Assembly (NCBI RefSeq): GCF_000181795.1 | Contig: NW_003526943.1 | Coordinates: forward strand, 2,675,666-2,739,665 | Direction: 5' to 3' | From: Trichinella spiralis | Taxonomy: Eukaryota | DNA: 64,000 nt | Part shown: positions 41,521-59,372 of the stretch, one piece after another | How positions within the stretch are numbered: position 1 is the stretch's first letter | Layout of the letters: the number at the start of each line of letters is the position of its first letter | Notes under the pieces: model-generated | Told to the model about the DNA's origin: nothing | Seen by the model: the letters and a program-made list of their open reading frames with translations, nothing else | Database searches by the model: none | Position numbers and translations under genes: made by a program

Positions 41521-44500
41521 GGCTAGCTAATGCGGATATTCTTCTTATACTTCGCCCCAAGAGGACAGAATAAAGAGGAAGGCAGAGTGTGATTTTGGGT
41601 GGTCTTGCTTTTCTGCTTTTGTTCTTCAAAATTGCTGAACACCGCTTGAACAATAACAAAATTTCCAACAGCTCACCTACAGCAGCTATGAGAAAATAAA
41701 TCGCCCAACCGGCGTCGGTTAGTCATTCAAGATTGCAAAACTGCGACACAACTGCTCGCATTATTTTTACCTCATTCTTGACACTATTGCCATTGCATAT
41801 ATTATTTGCACGCACGTATTCAAATGTCCAAATGACCAATCAAAATCAGCACCACAATTCCAACGTCAAAGTGGTAGTAAACAATAATCATTTGTCGTCT
41901 TTGTTTCAACTTCAGACATCTTCTTTTAACTTATTATGTTCAATCAATGCTTGCTTTTTTCCCGAATAATAGTAATAATAATGATGATGATGATAAAAAC
42001 TATATATTATATAATCCTTGTTGTTATTGTTGTTGTGGTTATTTTTTTGTGTAACTATGCTATCATTGTGCTTATGGAAATTTGTGCAGCGAATAATAAA
42101 AGTTAATCAAAGCATTCTCGGTAATCTTCCAGCATTAAGCAAACTTGGACTGCTTATTATATTTCGAAATATTTTATTTTTATAAAATTGATTTTCATTT
42201 GCCGTTGAAAGTTTTGCAACATAAAAATTGCTCATCAAATTCTTTATTTTCTATTTTTTACGTAGCAATTACGTAAAAAGATTTGAAGATAAATAAATGC
42301 TAAAAGACAAATCAGAGGAAAAGAAAATCAAAAATGAAAAATTAATATCTGATCAACTTTCAGAGACAAAAATGAAGCTGAAAAATATTTATTTTCTTGT
42401 TTTTGAATAATAATAATAATAAATGAAGCATACAAATTATGAAATTTTACGTGCTGTATTATTTAAATTTAATCTCTTCGAAAAAGAACTTTCTTATATT
42501 GCTTGTTTTTTGACTGAACAGCTATAACTTTATGTGAATTTGTAAAAAGCTAAAACTACAAGTAAATAAGTTTTGAAAAAATGAAGGAAAACATTTTTAT
42601 TGCTTCTTAAATTTGGTAATAAATTATAGTTTTTCAACGTTGCCATTTAAAATAAAAAATTATACATTATTCTCTAATCAAAAATTTTATCCTATTCATT
42701 ATAATTTTGTAACAAATGTATGTATGCAATAAAAATTTTGAATGAAATGTTCCAATTGAAATGGATTAAAAATGGTAAATGAGTTTTTGAATTGATTAAA
42801 AGCAAGGAAGAAGGAAAAGAGAATTAATAATTATAAAATGGTGTTTACTAGAAACTGATAACAAGTAAACATTTTTAGAAAACAGCACGTTTGAATGATG
42901 AATGCAGCGAATCGTATTGCAAATAGCACTTGCATAATAAGCTTTAATAGCTCTTTAATGAACTGCTGTTTTTCATTGAAGTTTTTGAACAGTTCGTTGA
43001 AAAGAAACATAATAATTATTATTATGCATTACATTTGTTTGAAATTACAACAAATCTTATAATAATTAAAAAATAACCCTTATTTACATTATGTATTTAA
43101 TATTATAGAAAAGTGATTTTCATTTTTATATTTTGCTATGTTTAAATTTAAATTTATAATGATGCTAATATTTTATCATTATCCAGTGTATTAATTATTG
43201 GTAAAATAGCATAGGAAATTAAAATTTTCTTGCAAACCACTATGCTGTTGTTCATAATTACTAAAATTAAACAGTGTATTTATTAAAAAGTTACTATTGG
43301 AATAAATTAAAATTGTATATTCACTAAAATGATATAAATATTCGTTAAAAACTTTAAAACATTTTTTCAAATTTAATTCATCATAATCACCAAGAGGTGA
43401 AGCGAAAAGAAGCAAATTGGTGCAACCAAATGCAAAGTTTTCGCAAATGATTTTGCAAAATATTTTTCCTATTTGAAAACATATCATTAAACAGTACAAT
43501 TAAGTAATGCTTTAATTTGGATTCCATGCAAAGAGTTGTTTTGATTTTAACAATTCCATTATCACTTGTAAAGCACAATACAAAACGCGTAGGAATATGT
43601 TAATTAGTAAATAAAGAAATAAATAATTTTTTTCATGAAATGCTAATGTATACGCAGTTAATTTTATTTTCTTTTGATTGATTTACACAATTTTTGATAT
43701 TTATCTTCATTAATAACTTTGTTAATCAGATACGAAAGTAGTACAGCAATGAGATGAATATCTATTCTTAATTTCTTTTTCTCTTTGTTTTTTTATTAAA
43801 ATTAAGTGGAATTTGAAAACAAAGTTTTTGTTTTGAAATTTCACGTTTAAATTGATCATCAAATAAGTAGACAATGATCAAATTATCGCGACATCTAGAA
43901 GCTTGTAATGAATCTGGCTACCTGTTTATTGTTCAAATTTATTTTCACCAAATTGAATGGAATTTGCTTCTTTTTTTTCTAAGATTAATAAATCCATCCA
44001 AACGTACAGTTGTTTTCTATAAATCAAAATTTTTCAAGACATTCCAAATGTCAAGTGATTGGAAAAAAATGAACATTTCGAAAATGCATTCGATTGCAAA
44101 TGAATATTATTTGTTTTTTTTTATTTAAATTTTTTCAGAATTAGAAAAAGAAATAAAAGTTGTATGAAAAGTGAAAGAATGTTTTCCAACACCCCCTGCA
44201 TAGACAGAACTGGTAAATTTGATTCGGATGAATGAATTTCGATTTCAAATTGAAGCCGCAAATTAATTGGAGCAGCGTTTTTGGTCATTTTCCAATAAGC
44301 ATCGGTTTTCGAGACGGGAACGTTGGGAAAGTTCGATTTCAGTTGGACGAACGATTCAGCTGGGAAACGTCGATCCCAATTAAGAGCCCGAATCTTGCCC
44401 GACGCAGAAGCGCAGAACAAGCCAAACACACAGGCGGACCACAACAACCCAAAATTCGGACCAACAACGTTGGGACGACGATTGAACAGAAAATTCACAC

Positions 44501-44649
44501 TCAATTTTGCAAATATTAGAAGAAATTTATTCTGCAAGCTCGTTTGTCTATTGCAATTTCATATTCATAAATTCACTGTACATACATATTAATATTATCA
44601 TACACACACATACATATATACATATTGTTGTTTTTCTTCACATGAAATC

Positions 44650-45024
44650 ATGGCTAGTGAAAAAAACATTCCTACTGAAATGCCTACCAAAGCCAATGGA
44701 ACTGAAGGTGTAAAACAAATTCCTGATAATGAACAATCATCGTCGGTTGATCAAGAAGATCAAAGGTAAGAAAAGATTTGTCCTTTCATATTCATTGATA
44801 AAATTTCAAAGTGGTTTGCTAATTGAAATTATCCAAAATAGTATTCCATATTCAATGGGATAACGATAAAGATGTGCAAAGTTGATAAACAGTGTCTGTA
44901 GAAGATGACAAATTCTTCCAGAGCTTTGGGAACAAATTCAATTAGACACTTATCAACTTTTATGAGCAGTCAGATTTATGAAATTGCCGTTCAGACGGCC
45001 AACTTTTGTCTATTATTCATTTAA
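44650..45024 (+). CDS. Possible small two-exon protein of unknown function
   Basis: ATG GCT start (MASEKNIPTEMPTKANGTEGVKQIPDNEQSSSVDQEDQ), strong donor AG|GTAAGA at 44765/6 and an in-frame TTCCAG acceptor at 44922. No homology recognised. Confidence 0.35.
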
Positions 45025-47548
45025 TCGAATAAATAACCGCTTCGCTGAGTGGATTTTCAGATTAAGATGAAAATTTTCTTCCTGATCATTGTTGAGAAAG
45101 ATTAATTTGAACACAGATATTGATATTTGATAAAATGTGTCAACAGATGCAATTAATGCCATAACGCAATTATTACATCTTGTTCTCTTTCTCATTTATC
45201 TAGTGAATAATATGAAAGACCTATTATTTTTGTAGAACAATTTCCATTGCTTCTAAGCATACTTGACATTAAAGCCGATTTTTCCACTGAATTCCAAACA
45301 AAATATTAAAATAGAATACCTTTATAAATAAATGCATTTCTAGAATATAATAAATAAATAAATTACAATTTTTTTCAAAATTTATTAATATTGCAAACTG
45401 AAAATTGTCAAATATTTTTCACATTTTTTTTGAAAAATACTTAAATTTTATATATTCATCTTCAATTGGAGTCAATTAGAAATTTTTCTAATTGAAATAT
45501 AAAAATAATCACAGCAATTATTCATAAAATGCTACACTTATTCTTGCTCTTTTGCATTGCGAAGAAAAAAAATACGTTTTCTCTTATACAACAAATATGC
45601 ATTTTCATTTTTGAAACACATAAATCAATAAATTCAATCTAACAATTTTGAAACATAAATGCCCTAATGAAAACGTTCAATTGAAAAAATGTCTAAAATT
45701 AGACTTCACATGATGAGAAATAAATATAAGATGATCACTTCGTAATTTGGAAAACACAATATGAAGTTAAATTCCAGTTTATAAATTTTTAATATTTTTT
45801 TCAAAAAAAATTATCAGTTAATTAATAATGAAGATATCGATTTTTATTTTTTAAATGTCTGCTGAGTGAGATTGAAAATTGACAAATCAGTTTATTTTTT
45901 TTATTTAAAGTTCTTCCATTACGTAAAGTTGGGTTTGTATTTTCACATTTTGTACGCGGTGATTGTCACTGTCAAATTTTCACATGAAATCATAAAACCC
46001 GTTGCAATTTATTCATTTTCAATATGCCACACCTAAACTTTAAAATGACCTTGAAGAACTGTGAAATTTTTCAAAAATTATAATGTTCATCGAACGGGTT
46101 TCCAGTTTAATAAAATATTAAAATATTTTTAATAGGAACCCAAATGCATGTCATTTTTATCAGCAGACTAGAGACTTGTTTACGAATCAATTTTAACAAG
46201 TAAAATATTCAAGAAATTCAAATATATATATTTATATGTACTTGAAATGATTAAAAGTAATAAGAATAAACACATTCGGGTAGAATGTAGGAAAATTTTC
46301 TTCTCTCATAGAGATTTCTTATTTTCCATACGAATGCATACATGAGATGAAAAATAATTAAAACCTTTTTTCTCAATATTATCAATTATTTAATAATCTG
46401 TACAATAAAGAAGAAATTTTTAAAGTGGATTAGTGAGTGAGTAAGAAGAGATGAAAGAAAAATGAAATTCTTTTTCCCATAAGGTATATTGGATTAGAAT
46501 TGGAATTGATTTGAAAAAATTTTTCTTTGGTGATTGAAAATTGATCAATAATAGAATGCATAAGTGAAACTGTCAAAAATTTTTTAAAAAGGCCATCTGA
46601 TTGCCACGCTGAAGCAAACCGCTTCACGTCTTCATCAAACACTTCAGCATGAGCTAATTTTCAAGCTGCTCACCGTAAATGGAAACACGTTTGTGGAAAA
46701 TTCTTTTCTCATTTTTTGAACACTTTTGAATGGAGAAATCAATTGCAATATTGGGGGAAAATTTTTGATTTTTCTTCTTCTACTAATTCATAATATCGAA
46801 TTAATAAAATTCCGCTGATTTCAATCTCTTTCACTTTTAGCATCTTTGTTTAAAGCTATCCAACAATGAACATTACAATCGATAAGAACACGAAAAACAA
46901 TCCTATTTTAACAATACTCTTCCTTCAGCAATGATATATAAAATCATATAAACTGAATTAAAATAGAATTAAACAAAAAAAATAGTGTTTTATTTTCTAG
47001 TAAACTTATTCTTGCCAGAGTATGAAATATATTAATTGAAATTATTACTCTGTGTAGAGAACATGCGCAGATGTGGACAGCGGATATACCTGCCGCTGAG
47101 CATCTACAACCAACTCTCCTACCACCACTTGTATCACCGAAAGAAGTGAAATCATTTCAACCGCAAATCATTTCACCAGCATCATGAAAAAATTTGACTT
47201 CATGTCTTTCAAGTGATGTCAGTTGGAAATAATTTCCTTTTTTCGTTATCATAATAAAATATTTTCTCAACATTAAAATCATATTCAAAATGTTTAAATT
47301 GCCAAAATTGCTTCTCATTTTCTAAGTTTTCATTAAATCAATTGTCAACAAACTGTATGATTTTATAAAATAATTTTCGAAGAGTCGTTTTGTTTTCTTG
47401 CAAATTAATATTCCAAATAATTATAAAGATAACTTCAGTTCAAATATTATAACTATTCACTCAAGTATATATTTTATTAATAAAGTGGAATGAATGATGA
47501 TTTAAAAAAAACATAAAATAAAAAAAATGTACTTGAATTTCAATATAT

Positions 47549-50529
47549 TTAAACTGTATCAGTTAATTTTGAGCAAAGATTCTCTTCGAGCACATCCTTC
47601 TTATGAGATCGCTGGTCACCTTCGACTTCTTTGGTCAAATAGTTTAAAACAAACAGCTTCAGTGAAGCAGACCCGCTGCTAGATATGCGAGCGACCAATT
47701 TCACGGCTAGCCTGTAGTAAAATTACGCAACTGACGTCAATAAAGTTTCACAGTGACCAACTGGCATGCTAACCTCAATATCCAAGTTAATCGGAAAGGA
47801 AGCTGCAGCAGCGTCAACGAAACACAGACGACAGCAAAAGTGAACATCAAATTATACATCAGCACAAAGTAAATGTTGCCCAGCCAATTCAACTGACTGT
47901 AGTTGCCCAAAAGGTCGAAATTTGTGAGTCCTAAAAATATCTGTTTACTGATTAAAAAAAGTAAAAGAATAAAAAATATAACTAAAAACTCTACAAATAC
48001 CTAAAACTCTGGCTAAAACTGGCAAAGCAGAACTCAATACCAACGTTGAAGTGCAATTAAAAATCAAACGTGTCATCGATGTACCGTTTCGTATTGGCTT
48101 TAATCGACAAAAAACCGGCAAACTATAAAAGCCAATAAGCGAAGCCAACATTAAATATCTAAAAAAAGAAAACAGGTAGAGTTAGAATATGCAAATGTTC
48201 CGCATTGATTGAGAACATTTTTTACAATGTGATTATGATTTCAATGAAAGCACCATAAAAACCCAAGAATGAAAGAGAACTACTTCCGAGTTCAAAATCC
48301 TAAAAGCAAAAAAGCAAATGCATAAAAATGTCAACGGCACATTTCATCCAATTGCGGTTGTACTTCAATCGCAATGGGCAGTCTTCGAAAACCGACAGTA
48401 ATTTGAAAAACATTCCACATGACGCTTAATACAGACAATGCCTGAAAAAAAAACCTTTTAAATAATACTATCACATAATTTTTATTTTATCATATTAATC
48501 AATACCGTTATTGCAAGAATAACAACAAACAAAGCTGGATATATAACAACACTCAACCAACTGATGGAGTGTAGCTCTTTTTGGAAAAGTTTTCTTTGGG
48601 CATACAAGTTTGCTAAATTTCTCAAACAAGAAAGCCAAATAACATTCATTTCTTCTTCAACAAAAGGAGTATGTTTCAAAGTGCTGACAGCAGCTACAAA
48701 ATTGAATACAATGAAAAAACATTTTAAATCTTTACTTATCAAAAAAATAAGAAAATAAAATACTTTTCGCTTTCTTAACCAAATGCATTTCTTCTGCGGA
48801 TAAAAGTTGCAAGTCATTAATTATTTTGTTTCGAATCTAATAAGTTAATCAGCAGAAATAAAACTTATGCGCAATTTATTTTATATACAATAACACTGAA
48901 TACACAAATAAATAAATAGTAAAAGAGTTTACGATTACCCTTGCTTCTGGAATGAGTACATTGAAAACTGCAAAGATTCGACCAAAACCCAACGGTGTGC
49001 AAGCTGAAAATATTTATGACTGAAAAATCTCGCATTTCAATAATTTAACCCTACCTAGAGATAATCCAACTCCAAACATTGATATGTACGAGTATATTAC
49101 AGGAAGTTTCGTGAATGCTGTTATAAGGAATGACCACATATTGAAACAAGCTACAATAAAACAAAAATGAACATAAATGACGAAATAATTGACACAATTT
49201 GTAAGTACAAAATAATACAGACAGAAAAAAATTATTACATTAAAAGAAATTCCAATGATATAAAGTTTTAAAATCATTTCAGACTAATATTTTATACTCA
49301 CTTTCAAATGTATACGGATAACAGTTTTCTTTTTCCAAAAAAATTATTACTATTTGAACCAGCAAAACGGATAGTATCACGAGAAAGAAAGAGTTCACAG
49401 TCGTCTCCAGTACTCTATTCCAAATGCTGTACGTAAAACGGAAACTGACAAATCCATGTGATTCAATTAAAAAATATGCAAACGGTAGCAAAATAAAAAT
49501 GCAAAGATTGCTGCAGGCAAACACGGAATTCCATAAGCCTACAAGATTTTGTTTCAAATTTTCCAATAAGTTTGTTAAAAAACACACTTTTCAACAGAGA
49601 TGAGCTCAACCATTGAATGTAATAATTTTTCGAATACAAAAGCAAAATTTCGTTACTGAAAATGGAAAATGGAACCAATAAAATTGCAGATAAAGATACA
49701 GCAGTCGAGAAAATGCAAATCCAGAACCTAAATATCAAACAAAAATAACAATTTAATTCAACAAAATAAATACAAACAAGCAAAATAGAAAATACAATCA
49801 GACAAACTTACGAAATGCGAAACACGATGGCGTCACTGTCTTCACCTTAACATTAAATAGCATGAAGAAGAACAGAGAAAAAATATAATTTCAAAACAAA
49901 TACCTGTGAACAATTCATCTTTCTCTGGATCAAGTCGAAATTTTCCTACCAAAATATATGAACATGCGTACAAAACGATAAACAATAAAGTGGCAACCTA
50001 AGGCAAAAAACTGTTTACAATTTAATCACAAATAACATCATTCAAAATTTTCAAGCCAGTACTTTAATTTATATTCATTTTACAGCATCATTTCACAATA
50101 ATTTTGTGGTTAAATTGGAAACAAGTCAAACAGTATGTAATGTCTATCAAAAATAATTTCACAGCTTGCAGGAGAATAAATGAGTCGCGATGAAGTTCCG
50201 TAAAGGTTGTAAAATGCTCGTCAACACTTAAATCACTTAATCCACTCGAACGCAAAATTTTCAAACACATTTTGCATATCTTACTGCACATCTAACGTCA
50301 CACATATAAATGCTCTTCTTGATTCATCAAAAAAAACAAATCTATTATCTACATTTAATTTTCTATACTTTATTGCTTTCAATTAATCAAAATATTACTT
50401 ATTTACTTAATTTTACCTTATATTAAACATTTTAGATTTTAAACAATAGTACACAAAATATTTTCTTACAACATTTTCTCGTATAGAACTTTCAAATTCT
50501 GCTTCAGAAGTTGCTATTCCCAGAGACAT
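47549..50529 (-). CDS. LMBR1: LMBR1/LMBR1L (limb region 1 / lilipod) multi-pass membrane protein, spliced
   Basis: EAEFESSIRENV-VATLLFIVLYACSY, AILLVPFSIFSNEILLLYSKNYYIQWLSSSLL, GLWNSVFACSNLCIFILLPFAYFLIESHGF, YSYISMFGVGLSLACTPLGFGRIF, TSMTRLIFNC...LSSALPVLARVLGLTNFDLLGNY...WLGN. Confidence 0.9.
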
Positions 50530-51286
50530 AAACGTGCAAAATCATCCTACCAGCAATTATTAACAAGATTCACATGGTATCACCAAACGCTGATAAATAT
50601 TACAGAATGAATAATTGAAAAGTAGGTGCAACATAATAATAATATTCAAAATATTTTTAATATCAAAAAATTACTTTTATATTTATGAAAATTGTTATTA
50701 ATTCTATAATTACAGAATTATCAATAATTAATAATTATTTGCTTTTGGTAAAATTGATTTGGTCTAATTCGGACCAAATTTCCACCGCGTCTTCTTACTG
50801 GTCGTTTGGACCCTTGCGCCTTTGTTTTATATATTTTCTTTGCCTAATTGCTCATTGATTCAAACCTTTCACTTTTGATTAGCTGCAACATTTTTTCATT
50901 TCATTGGTCCACATATTTTCATGTAGGATTACGTAACTTTAACAATAGTGACGTAACGTTAGTAGTGAAAATTTTTATTATTCAAAAATTTCATTGATCT
51001 TGTTTTTATCACATTTTATGAAGTTTTATCGTTCATTAAAATTTTGTTTTTTCAACACATTATTTGTGGTGATGTTTATACTTTTTAGTGATCAGCATTA
51101 TCAAAAAACAATTTTTATCATTATTCTATATTTCATTGCATCACAAGGAAGTTATATCAAATTTGATAGTAATAACTCAACGAAAACAACGCAAACTTTA
51201 AGTAAAGAACAGCCAACAACAACAATAATAAACACCAGTGGACGATATGAACAAAGTGGAAACAATGAAAACGGAAAAAACTAAAT

Positions 51287-51320
51287 AATACAATACAATA
51301 CAATACAGTACAACAGAATA
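51287..51320. repeat. (AATAC)n short tandem repeat
   Basis: aatacaatacaatacaatacagtacaac. Confidence 0.7.
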
Positions 51321-51344
51321 CAAATATAAACAAATAATACAAAC

Positions 51345-51925
51345 TACTACTTGGAAGGCCGCATTAAATCACCAAGTTGTGCACATTAAAGATTGAAGGA
51401 ACTAACTGCTCCATCGTAGGTCAGTGAACCTTTGTTGTTTTCACCCTTACATTGTGTAACTGATTCTTGCTTTTCAGCACAAGGTCTTCAGTCACCAACG
51501 ATAGCGTTTCCCGACAGCAGTTGCTGAATCAGGGTGTATATAACATCTTGTTCTTCTATCAAGAGCTGGAGCAGTTCATAAAACCCGGCATGGCTTTTAC
51601 CCGTTTTTTGTCGAGCCGATTATGCCAAACTTCCAAGTAGTTATTGGTTCTAATATTTACATTATGTGCATTCTGAAGTTGCAGTCTCTCAACAGTAATC
51701 TACTCCTGCCAAAAATATTGAAATAAAACTGATAAATTACCCGTAGTGCCTGCTTCGAGCAGGCTAAAACCCGTATCAACTTGAGGTACAGGGAGGAAAG
51801 CAATGGCTAGAAACATTTTTATTTTCATTTTTTCTTCTTCAATTTGACATCGTATTTTCAAGCCCAGCTCACCGACTTTCCTATATATCGCTTGTCAGAA
51901 GTGGAAATAGCAGTCCAGAGCAGTT
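51345..51925 (-). mobile_element. Degenerate MULE (Mutator-like) transposase fragment
   Basis: Minus strand reads DCYFHF*QAIYRKVGELGL (C-x-F-H motif), MFLAIAFLPV, and NVNIRTNNYLEVWHNRLDKK (RTNNxxE catalytic motif), with stops and frameshifts. Confidence 0.8.
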
Positions 51926-52982
51926 GTTTCCGCTTGTCAGATAAAATACATGCTTGTTCGTAATTCTGAGAGTTTTATGCGTATGGCGCATACGCCTTTG
52001 TCAGAAATTGTTCACATTTCTCGTCACATTGGTTGAATTGGTAAAAGTGATTTTAATACACTGTGAAATGATAAATTTTCCACAGCTGAAGTTGTTCACC
52101 TAAAACTAAGAGTGGAAACTACTGAATCTTTGCATCTGAATGCTTTACTGATTTTATTACGACTGTCCCTTTAAAATCTTCTCATTGAAAGAATTTTAAT
52201 TTTTACAAAAATTCCTTTTCACTCTTGACCAGAGTTACTGCATTTATTTCTGTTTATGAAAATTGTTTACAAAGCTACATAAAACAATAAACTATTTAAA
52301 TTGTCTGATTTTTCATTTTTGTATCAGATGAACCAAATTTAATATCTTATTTATTAATGCAAACAATTAAGCACTTTCTGATGCTTTTCTAACACTAGTG
52401 ATGATTACGAATTATTTTAACAAAGTTCTATACATCCCACATCATAGTTGCGTTCTGATTTTCGAACCATCAATAGTGCCATTAATTCATTCCAATGTAA
52501 GCATGTACTTTTAGCAGATAAACTGAAAATTCATCGTAATATGAAAAATTCACTGTATACGATTATACTATAATTAATGATAATCAAGAAGAAAAAGCAA
52601 ATGGCTATAATATTCATTTTATTTTCACTGTAGTTGGTACTAGAAAATTAAAAATTAATAGTGAAAACACAATTTAAGATGTTTAGAAAGTGAAATTTAA
52701 GCCTATTGTATAATTATTTCAAAATAATTTGCTTTTTAAAGTAAAATGATGCATTTAGTTTATAATAATAGAGATGAAAAGTATACTTGCGTATCTTTAA
52801 TAATTACATTACAAATTTAAATTAAAATATTCATTTAAATGGTTTATTTTTCTTAGTAATTATTGTAGGCAGGTATATGGGATACTGTAATCGGCACGAA
52901 TTCTGACGTGTACTTTTTGATGATGGCAGACAGTTTCACCTTCTAGTTTTATATTTCTACTTTATTGCTTTAACATCGGATC

Positions 52983-54393
52983 ATGCATTCATCTCAAATG
53001 TTTAAGCTGATTGTTTGTATTCTTGGTATTTTTGTCTGCTATTTTTATTATGGGATAATCCAAGAGAAAATGTAACTAATATTGCAATATCGTTTTTTTA
53101 TTGTAAATTTCATTTTTAGTACAAGAAGTAAATATGGTCCGGAAAAAACTCCATTTACTTTTGCCCTTTCGCTTGTGTGTATTCAATGTATAGTAAATGC
53201 GATGTTTGTAAAAATTTGTAAGTTACTGATTGCATTTTGATTGTAATTCTTGAAATTTATATTGTGATATTTTGAATAAATTAACAATGTGTTATGTAAT
53301 GATGTTTAACAAATGAATTTACCGTTAGTAACAGCGTTTACTGGCAAGGTAAATGACAATACGCCGACTTGCTTTTATGGAACTTGTGCTTTTACATATT
53401 TGGCAGCAATGTTATCTAGCAACAAAGCTTTGTTATACGTTCCCTATCCTACACAGGTGAGAGTTTTACATATTTATTGTTGGTTAAAAATTGTTTCTTT
53501 AGGTGATAGGAAAGTCTTGCAAACCAATACCAGTTATGATACTCGGCGTATTAGTTGCCAAAAAGCGATATCCACTGAGGAAGTATTTGTTTATTTTGTT
53601 GATCATACTTGGCGTTGCACTGTTTATGTACAATGATAAGTCGAAGTCAACTTTGTCTACCAACTACGGCTTTGGCTGGGGTGAAATTTTATTGGTAAAT
53701 TAATTTAATGAGAAAATCAGATTTTTTTCTGTACATTATGAATGAAAGAAAACTTTCTTTTGACTGCACTCTTCGAAGTTTTCTTTAATTCATTTTACTG
53801 AATTCGATTTCTTTCAGTTATTTTCTTTGACAATGGATGGTCTCACAGGCGGAATTCAGGATAAAGTTCGAGCGCGATACTTATGCAATTCGAATTCTAT
53901 GATGTATCAGATGAATTTATGGTCAATTCTATTTTCATCCATAGGTATGAAGATTAAAATTCAATATAAAACATAAACAGTTAATTGATTTTGCTTTTCA
54001 GGTTTATGGTTGACCGGGGAAATGTTCACATTTCCCAATTTTGTTAAGAAATATCCTGAAATTTTGTTCAATCTTGTTTCTTTCTCAATTGCAAGTGCAC
54101 TTGGACAGGTTTGAAATTATTTTTGATCTGACCGTTTTTATTTGCATTGATTTGCACTTTATATTTAGTATTTCATATTCATGACCGTTGCGGAATTTGG
54201 CCCATTGACGTGTTCAATAGCCACAACTACTCGAAAATTTTTCACCGTACTTGCATCTGTGATATTTTTTCAAAATCCGTTAACACTTCGTCAGTGGATT
54301 GGTACAGTTCTTGTGTTCTTGGGTTTATCTCTTGATAGCTTTTATGGAAAAATACCACTGAAGAAAGAAAAAGCTTGTTCTGAAACGAAATAA
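52983..54393 (+). CDS. SLC35B1: SLC35B1 (UGTrel1/hut-1) ER nucleotide(-sugar) transporter, spliced
   Basis: [110 protein letters not shown]. Confidence 0.96.
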
Positions 54394-56132
54394 ACTTTAT
54401 CCGTGCTTTTGATCTTCCTTTTTGAAGATTTTTCTTTTAAATTCAATTAAATAGAATATATGAAATAAATATAAAAAGTTATGTTTTATTTTTTAGTGTT
54501 ACTGTAATTACTGTGAAAAATCAAAAAATTAGAGTGTAATCTAGCATATTGAATACAATTCGGATTAGATTTTCACTAGTGGCAAGCGTTTGCCGGTGCT
54601 CTTCATTGGAGAAGGCATTTCTTTTTTAAAAACATTAATTTTTTGGTATTATTTTTCGTTTAAAAAATTATTCTAAATGTTGAATATGTATCTGAGAATT
54701 TTGAATTTACATTGTTGAAATTCCTTGTAGATTTTGAAGAATTTCTAGTCAATAATGACCGAAATGGTGGGCATGCTTAGATGATTGAGAACATTCGAAG
54801 AATTTCAGGTCAAGATGGTGCCCCTCCTTAGAGCTATAAAAATTTTCGGTTGAAATTTGCCTTGGATTCGAGAAAACAAATTTAAAAGAGTGCCACTGTC
54901 GCATTCAGTTTTCTTGAATTGTTGTGTGTTCGTGATTTCAGCAAAGCAAATCTGATTTGGAATCTTTGTTCACTTGGGAGAAACAAATTCTCGCGCAGTG
55001 TTAATTCAACCAATAAAGCGAAATCGGCATAGCTATAGAATCAGCGAATAATGATTTTATTACACACATTTTTTCCAAAATTTTTTTCATAAAAAATATT
55101 AAACAGTTATTTCTGTAAAATTTAATTTAATTTAATTTGTGAAATAATTTTAAAAAATAAAATGACTGTGTTTTCTAAGACTAATTATAGGCAGATAATT
55201 TTAAATTACAAACGCGCTTTATTGTCTTTCATTTGAAACCATCTGAGATTAATCTGATAGGAACGGATTAGCAATCATGGATTAATACACCACTGAATTC
55301 AATACAAAATTCCCAAGTTATCAGCTTTTATTTTATTCAGCTCGATTTATTATTATGCAATGTAAAGCTCTTTTCTTCTTTAAATATTAAAATAATTGTT
55401 GTTTCCTTTTACTTCAGGAAAATGTTCGTCAGTTTTCAACGCTGTTCAGAATATTCAATTTATTGTGTTCATTTAAAGTAATTTCTGTCTGATACCTTTG
55501 TATTGGCTTATGCAGCTTAAAATTCTGTAACATAAATTTCAATATATCTGGAAAGAGAATTTTCAAAGATTAAAAAAATTTTTTATCGTAAAATTCTTCA
55601 AAATTTTCAAAAATGATTTAAATAAATCTTTCAGTTTTATTTATATTAAAATTATAACATTCTATTTTTAAAGTTTGACTATTTTTAACGTTTTTAAGTA
55701 AAATTTGAAGAAAAAGAATCAACATAATCCAATCACTCAAACAGAGTCAACAAAAAGTGGTACTGATCCTCCTACAATTATAACAAGAGGAAACGGTAAA
55801 GTTTTAAATCAAAATGCAAAATTAAACATTGGCAGTTTTACTGTACAAACTTGATTATATTAATCTACAGAATCTACAGGTTGACAACACAAATTGTTTC
55901 CAGTGAAATTGCTCGTTTTTTTTTCAATGTATTTTGTTTTCATTATTTTTAGAATAAATTTTTTTATTTTTATGAAATTTTAATATTTTATAGAAAACGC
56001 TTTGTGTAAAGTTAATAAATTATGGCTTGTGAAATTTAGTTTCTCAAAAATGTATTGTAATCTGAAAAAGTCTTAATACACTGAACACTATTTTAGGTAG
56101 AAGAGGAAGTTTGAAATCAAATTTTAGAGTCT

Positions 56133-59372
<3,240 letters not shown>

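Noticed and set aside
41483..41668. ORF overlapping the start of the phospholamban-like gene
   Set aside because: Starts at TTG, in a different frame, with no recognisable features; probably 5'UTR.
50135..50330. Possible intronic H/ACA snoRNA in LMBR1 intron 1
   Set aside because: An ACA is present, but I could not establish the two hairpins and H box by eye; needs an Rfam/snoRNA scan.
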